From: a virus
Direction: 5' to 3' (one strand)
Virus genome (UHGV): UHGV-0039940
DNA: 17,129 bases
A program made the translations under genes and the position numbers. The notes beneath the pieces were generated by a model, which did not search any database, was not told where the DNA came from, and was given only the letters and a program-made list of their open reading frames with translations. Shown here in pieces: positions 15,301 through 17,129 of this stretch (its first letter is position 1; each line of letters opens with the position of its first letter).

Positions 15301-17129
15301 ATGGCATTTAAACACTATGATGTTGTCAGGGCGGCATCGCCGTCAGACCTTGCGGAGCGACTGACACAAAAACTGAAGGAGGGGTGGCAGCCATTTGGCA
15401 GCCCTGTCGCCATCACGCCTTATACCCTGATGCAGGCCATTGCGGCGGAAGGTGATGTCACCACACCTGTGGTGGTGAAGCCGTCGGATGGAGAAGGCAC
15501 AGTTATCAGCACCACCAGCGAACCGGAGTATTACTTTGTTGTTGTTCTGGCGGGGCAGTCAAACTCAATGTCTTTTGGTGAAGGGCTGCCGCTGCCGGAG
15601 ACATATGACCGTCCGGACCCGCGTATTAAACAGCTGGCGCGTCGCAGTACGGTGACGCCGGGTGGTGCCGCCTGTAAATATAACGACATCATTCCGGCAG
15701 ACCACTGTCTGCATGATGTGCAGGATATGAGTAACCTGAATCATCCTGAAGCGGACCTTAATAAAGGGCAGTACGGTTGTGTGGGGCATGCTCTGCATGT
15801 TGCCAAAAAGCTGCTGCCGTTTATGCCTGCGAATGCGGGTATCCTTCTTGTTCCATGTGGCCGTGGCGATTCGGGATTTACTGCGGGGGCCGAGGGGGCG
15901 TTTAACGAAGCGTCGGGAGCGACCGCAGGCTCGTCCCTGTGGGGGGCGGATAAACCGCTGTATTATGACCTGGTCAGCAGAACCCGTGCGGCCCTGAAGA
16001 AAAATCCGAAGAACGTGCTGTTATCAGTGATCTGGATGCAGGGAGAAAAAGATGTCAGTTCGGGGAGACATGCAGAACACAATGCGCTTTTCCTTGCCAT
16101 GGTAAATCAGTTCCGTACGGAACTGGCAGATGTGGCAGAGCAGTGTACTGGCGGGACAACGGCCAGCGTCCCGTGGATTTGCGGTGATACCACGTACTAC
16201 TGGAAGGAAAGGTATGCAGCGCCGTATGAGGCGGTTTACGGTGGGTATAAAGGCAAAGCTGCGCAGAATATTCACTTTGTGCCGTTGATGACGGATGAGC
16301 ATGGTGTGAATGTGCCGACAAACGAGCCGTCAGAAGATCCGGACATTATCCCGGCGGGATACTATGGCGCTGCGTCACGCACTGCCAGTAACTGGACGTC
16401 AGCCGATCGTAAAACGCACTTCAGTTCATGGGCGCGAAGAGGCCTTGTTTCAGACCGCCTGGCAGGTGCCATTTTGCAGTACGCCGGGCGGACATTATCG
16501 TTCCTTACCGGGCAGAGCGCACCGCAGTCGGGTGGTACAACTCCCGGTGATGATGTCAGTCCGGGGGTACCGGGTGTTGAGAAACCGCAGGATGGCGGTG
16601 TTGCTGGTACTGGTCATGATGAGGCCGTGAGCAGTACCAGGACGGTGGCTGAATATGATGCGAACAGTGGAAATGGTGTATGGACAGAGCAGCAGTGGGG
16701 GGCTGCCGGTGGCAAAGGCACTGTGACTGATGACGGTGGACGGAAAGCGCTGCGACTGGAAAAACAGCCCGGTAAACTGACGTCCTGGAAAATGTTCTGT
16801 ACTGTTGCAGTGGAGGAGGCAAAAAATCTTCTCAGCAAGGGGGGTGAAATTGCCGTACGGTTCAAAATTCCGGACGGAAGCGAACTGGTGAACGGACAGT
16901 TTGTCTTTGGTCTCTACTGGCCGGTGTCGCAGTGGGCGTCAGGCGCGGCAGCAAACAGTATGCTGGCATCATTCTTCCTTCAGACGGATGCATCAAATCT
17001 GAATCTTATGCACCACAAGGGCACGTCGAATGCACAACTGGGTACATTTGGTGCGTTTGACCATAACTGGCATACGGTTGTTTTCCGCTTTGCGGGAAAT
17101 AACAGCGAAAGAGTCGTTCCGGTGATTGA
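15301..17129 (+). CDS. Prophage sialate O-acetylesterase-like protein (NanS-p-like, SGNH/SASA domain), 3'-partial
   Basis: Open frame from ATG 15301 to the window end (over 600 codons, no stop) containing VVVLAGQSNSMSFGEG (GQSN block of SGNH/sialate O-acetylesterase domains). Absent from the ORF track because it has no stop in the window. Confidence 0.7.
   Translation, partial: MAFKHYDVVRAASPSDLAERLTQKLKEGWQPFGSPVAITPYTLMQAIAAEGDVTTPVVVKPSDGEGTVISTTSEPEYYFVVVLAGQSNSMSFGEGLPLPETYDRPDPRIKQLARRSTVTPGGAACKYNDIIPADHCLHDVQDMSNLNHPEADLNKGQYGCVGHALHVAKKLLPFMPANAGILLVPCGRGDSGFTAGAEGAFNEASGATAGSSLWGADKPLYYDLVSRTRAALKKNPKNVLLSVIWMQGEKDVSSGRHAEHNALFLAMVNQFRTELADVAEQCTGGTTASVPWICGDTTYYWKERYAAPYEAVYGGYKGKAAQNIHFVPLMTDEHGVNVPTNEPSEDPDIIPAGYYGAASRTASNWTSADRKTHFSSWARRGLVSDRLAGAILQYAGRTLSFLTGQSAPQSGGTTPGDDVSPGVPGVEKPQDGGVAGTGHDEAVSSTRTVAEYDANSGNGVWTEQQWGAAGGKGTVTDDGGRKALRLEKQPGKLTSWKMFCTVAVEEAKNLLSKGGEIAVRFKIPDGSELVNGQFVFGLYWPVSQWASGAAANSMLASFFLQTDASNLNLMHHKGTSNAQLGTFGAFDHNWHTVVFRFAGNNSERVVPVI

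Noticed and set aside
15565-16865. Several 70-110-aa ORFs on both strands (15565-15798, 16024-16321, 16310-16630, 16556-16865)
   Set aside because: All fall inside the long esterase reading frame in other frames or antisense; GC-rich shadow ORFs.
1-17129. CRISPR arrays, rRNA, insertion sequences, integrase/att sites
   Set aside because: No regularly spaced direct repeats, no rRNA-like sequence, and no transposase or integrase-like ORF or terminal inverted repeats were seen; the window appears to lie wholly inside the prophage.

Overview
This window is the early/immunity region of a lambdoid (lambda-like) enterobacterial prophage, read by eye from the sequence and ORF track with no database search. 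Left arm on the minus strand: exo (partial, broken by an N-gap/duplication artefact), bet, gam, kil, cIII, an unrecognised accessory gene, a P22-gene-24-like N antiterminator, nutL and pL/OL. Then comes a three-gene cassette (113, 144 and 206 aa) sitting exactly where lambda carries rexA-rexB, directly downstream of cI, followed by a terminator. Right arm on the plus strand: cro, nutR, cII with antisense oop, O with an internal iteron origin, P (frameshifted), ren, a nin region carrying a Lar-like gene, an orphan N6-adenine methylase, ninB, ninE, a terminator-bracketed ORF6N-like gene, a Rha/Roi-like gene and ninG, then a Q82/QuuD-type antiterminator. Downstream of Q, in the slot where Stx phages carry toxin cargo, lie a tRNA-like fragment, a TerB-like gene coupled to a small membrane protein, an AT-rich island and a 3'-truncated NanS-p-like esterase gene. 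The strongest candidate for an undescribed system is the cI-linked three-gene cassette, a likely lysogen-expressed exclusion or abortive-infection module. Gene A of that cassette is flanked by an exact 15-bp direct repeat that duplicates the cI 3' end. Many proteins match lambda proteins as I recall them; the non-lambda parts mark mosaic module exchanges.
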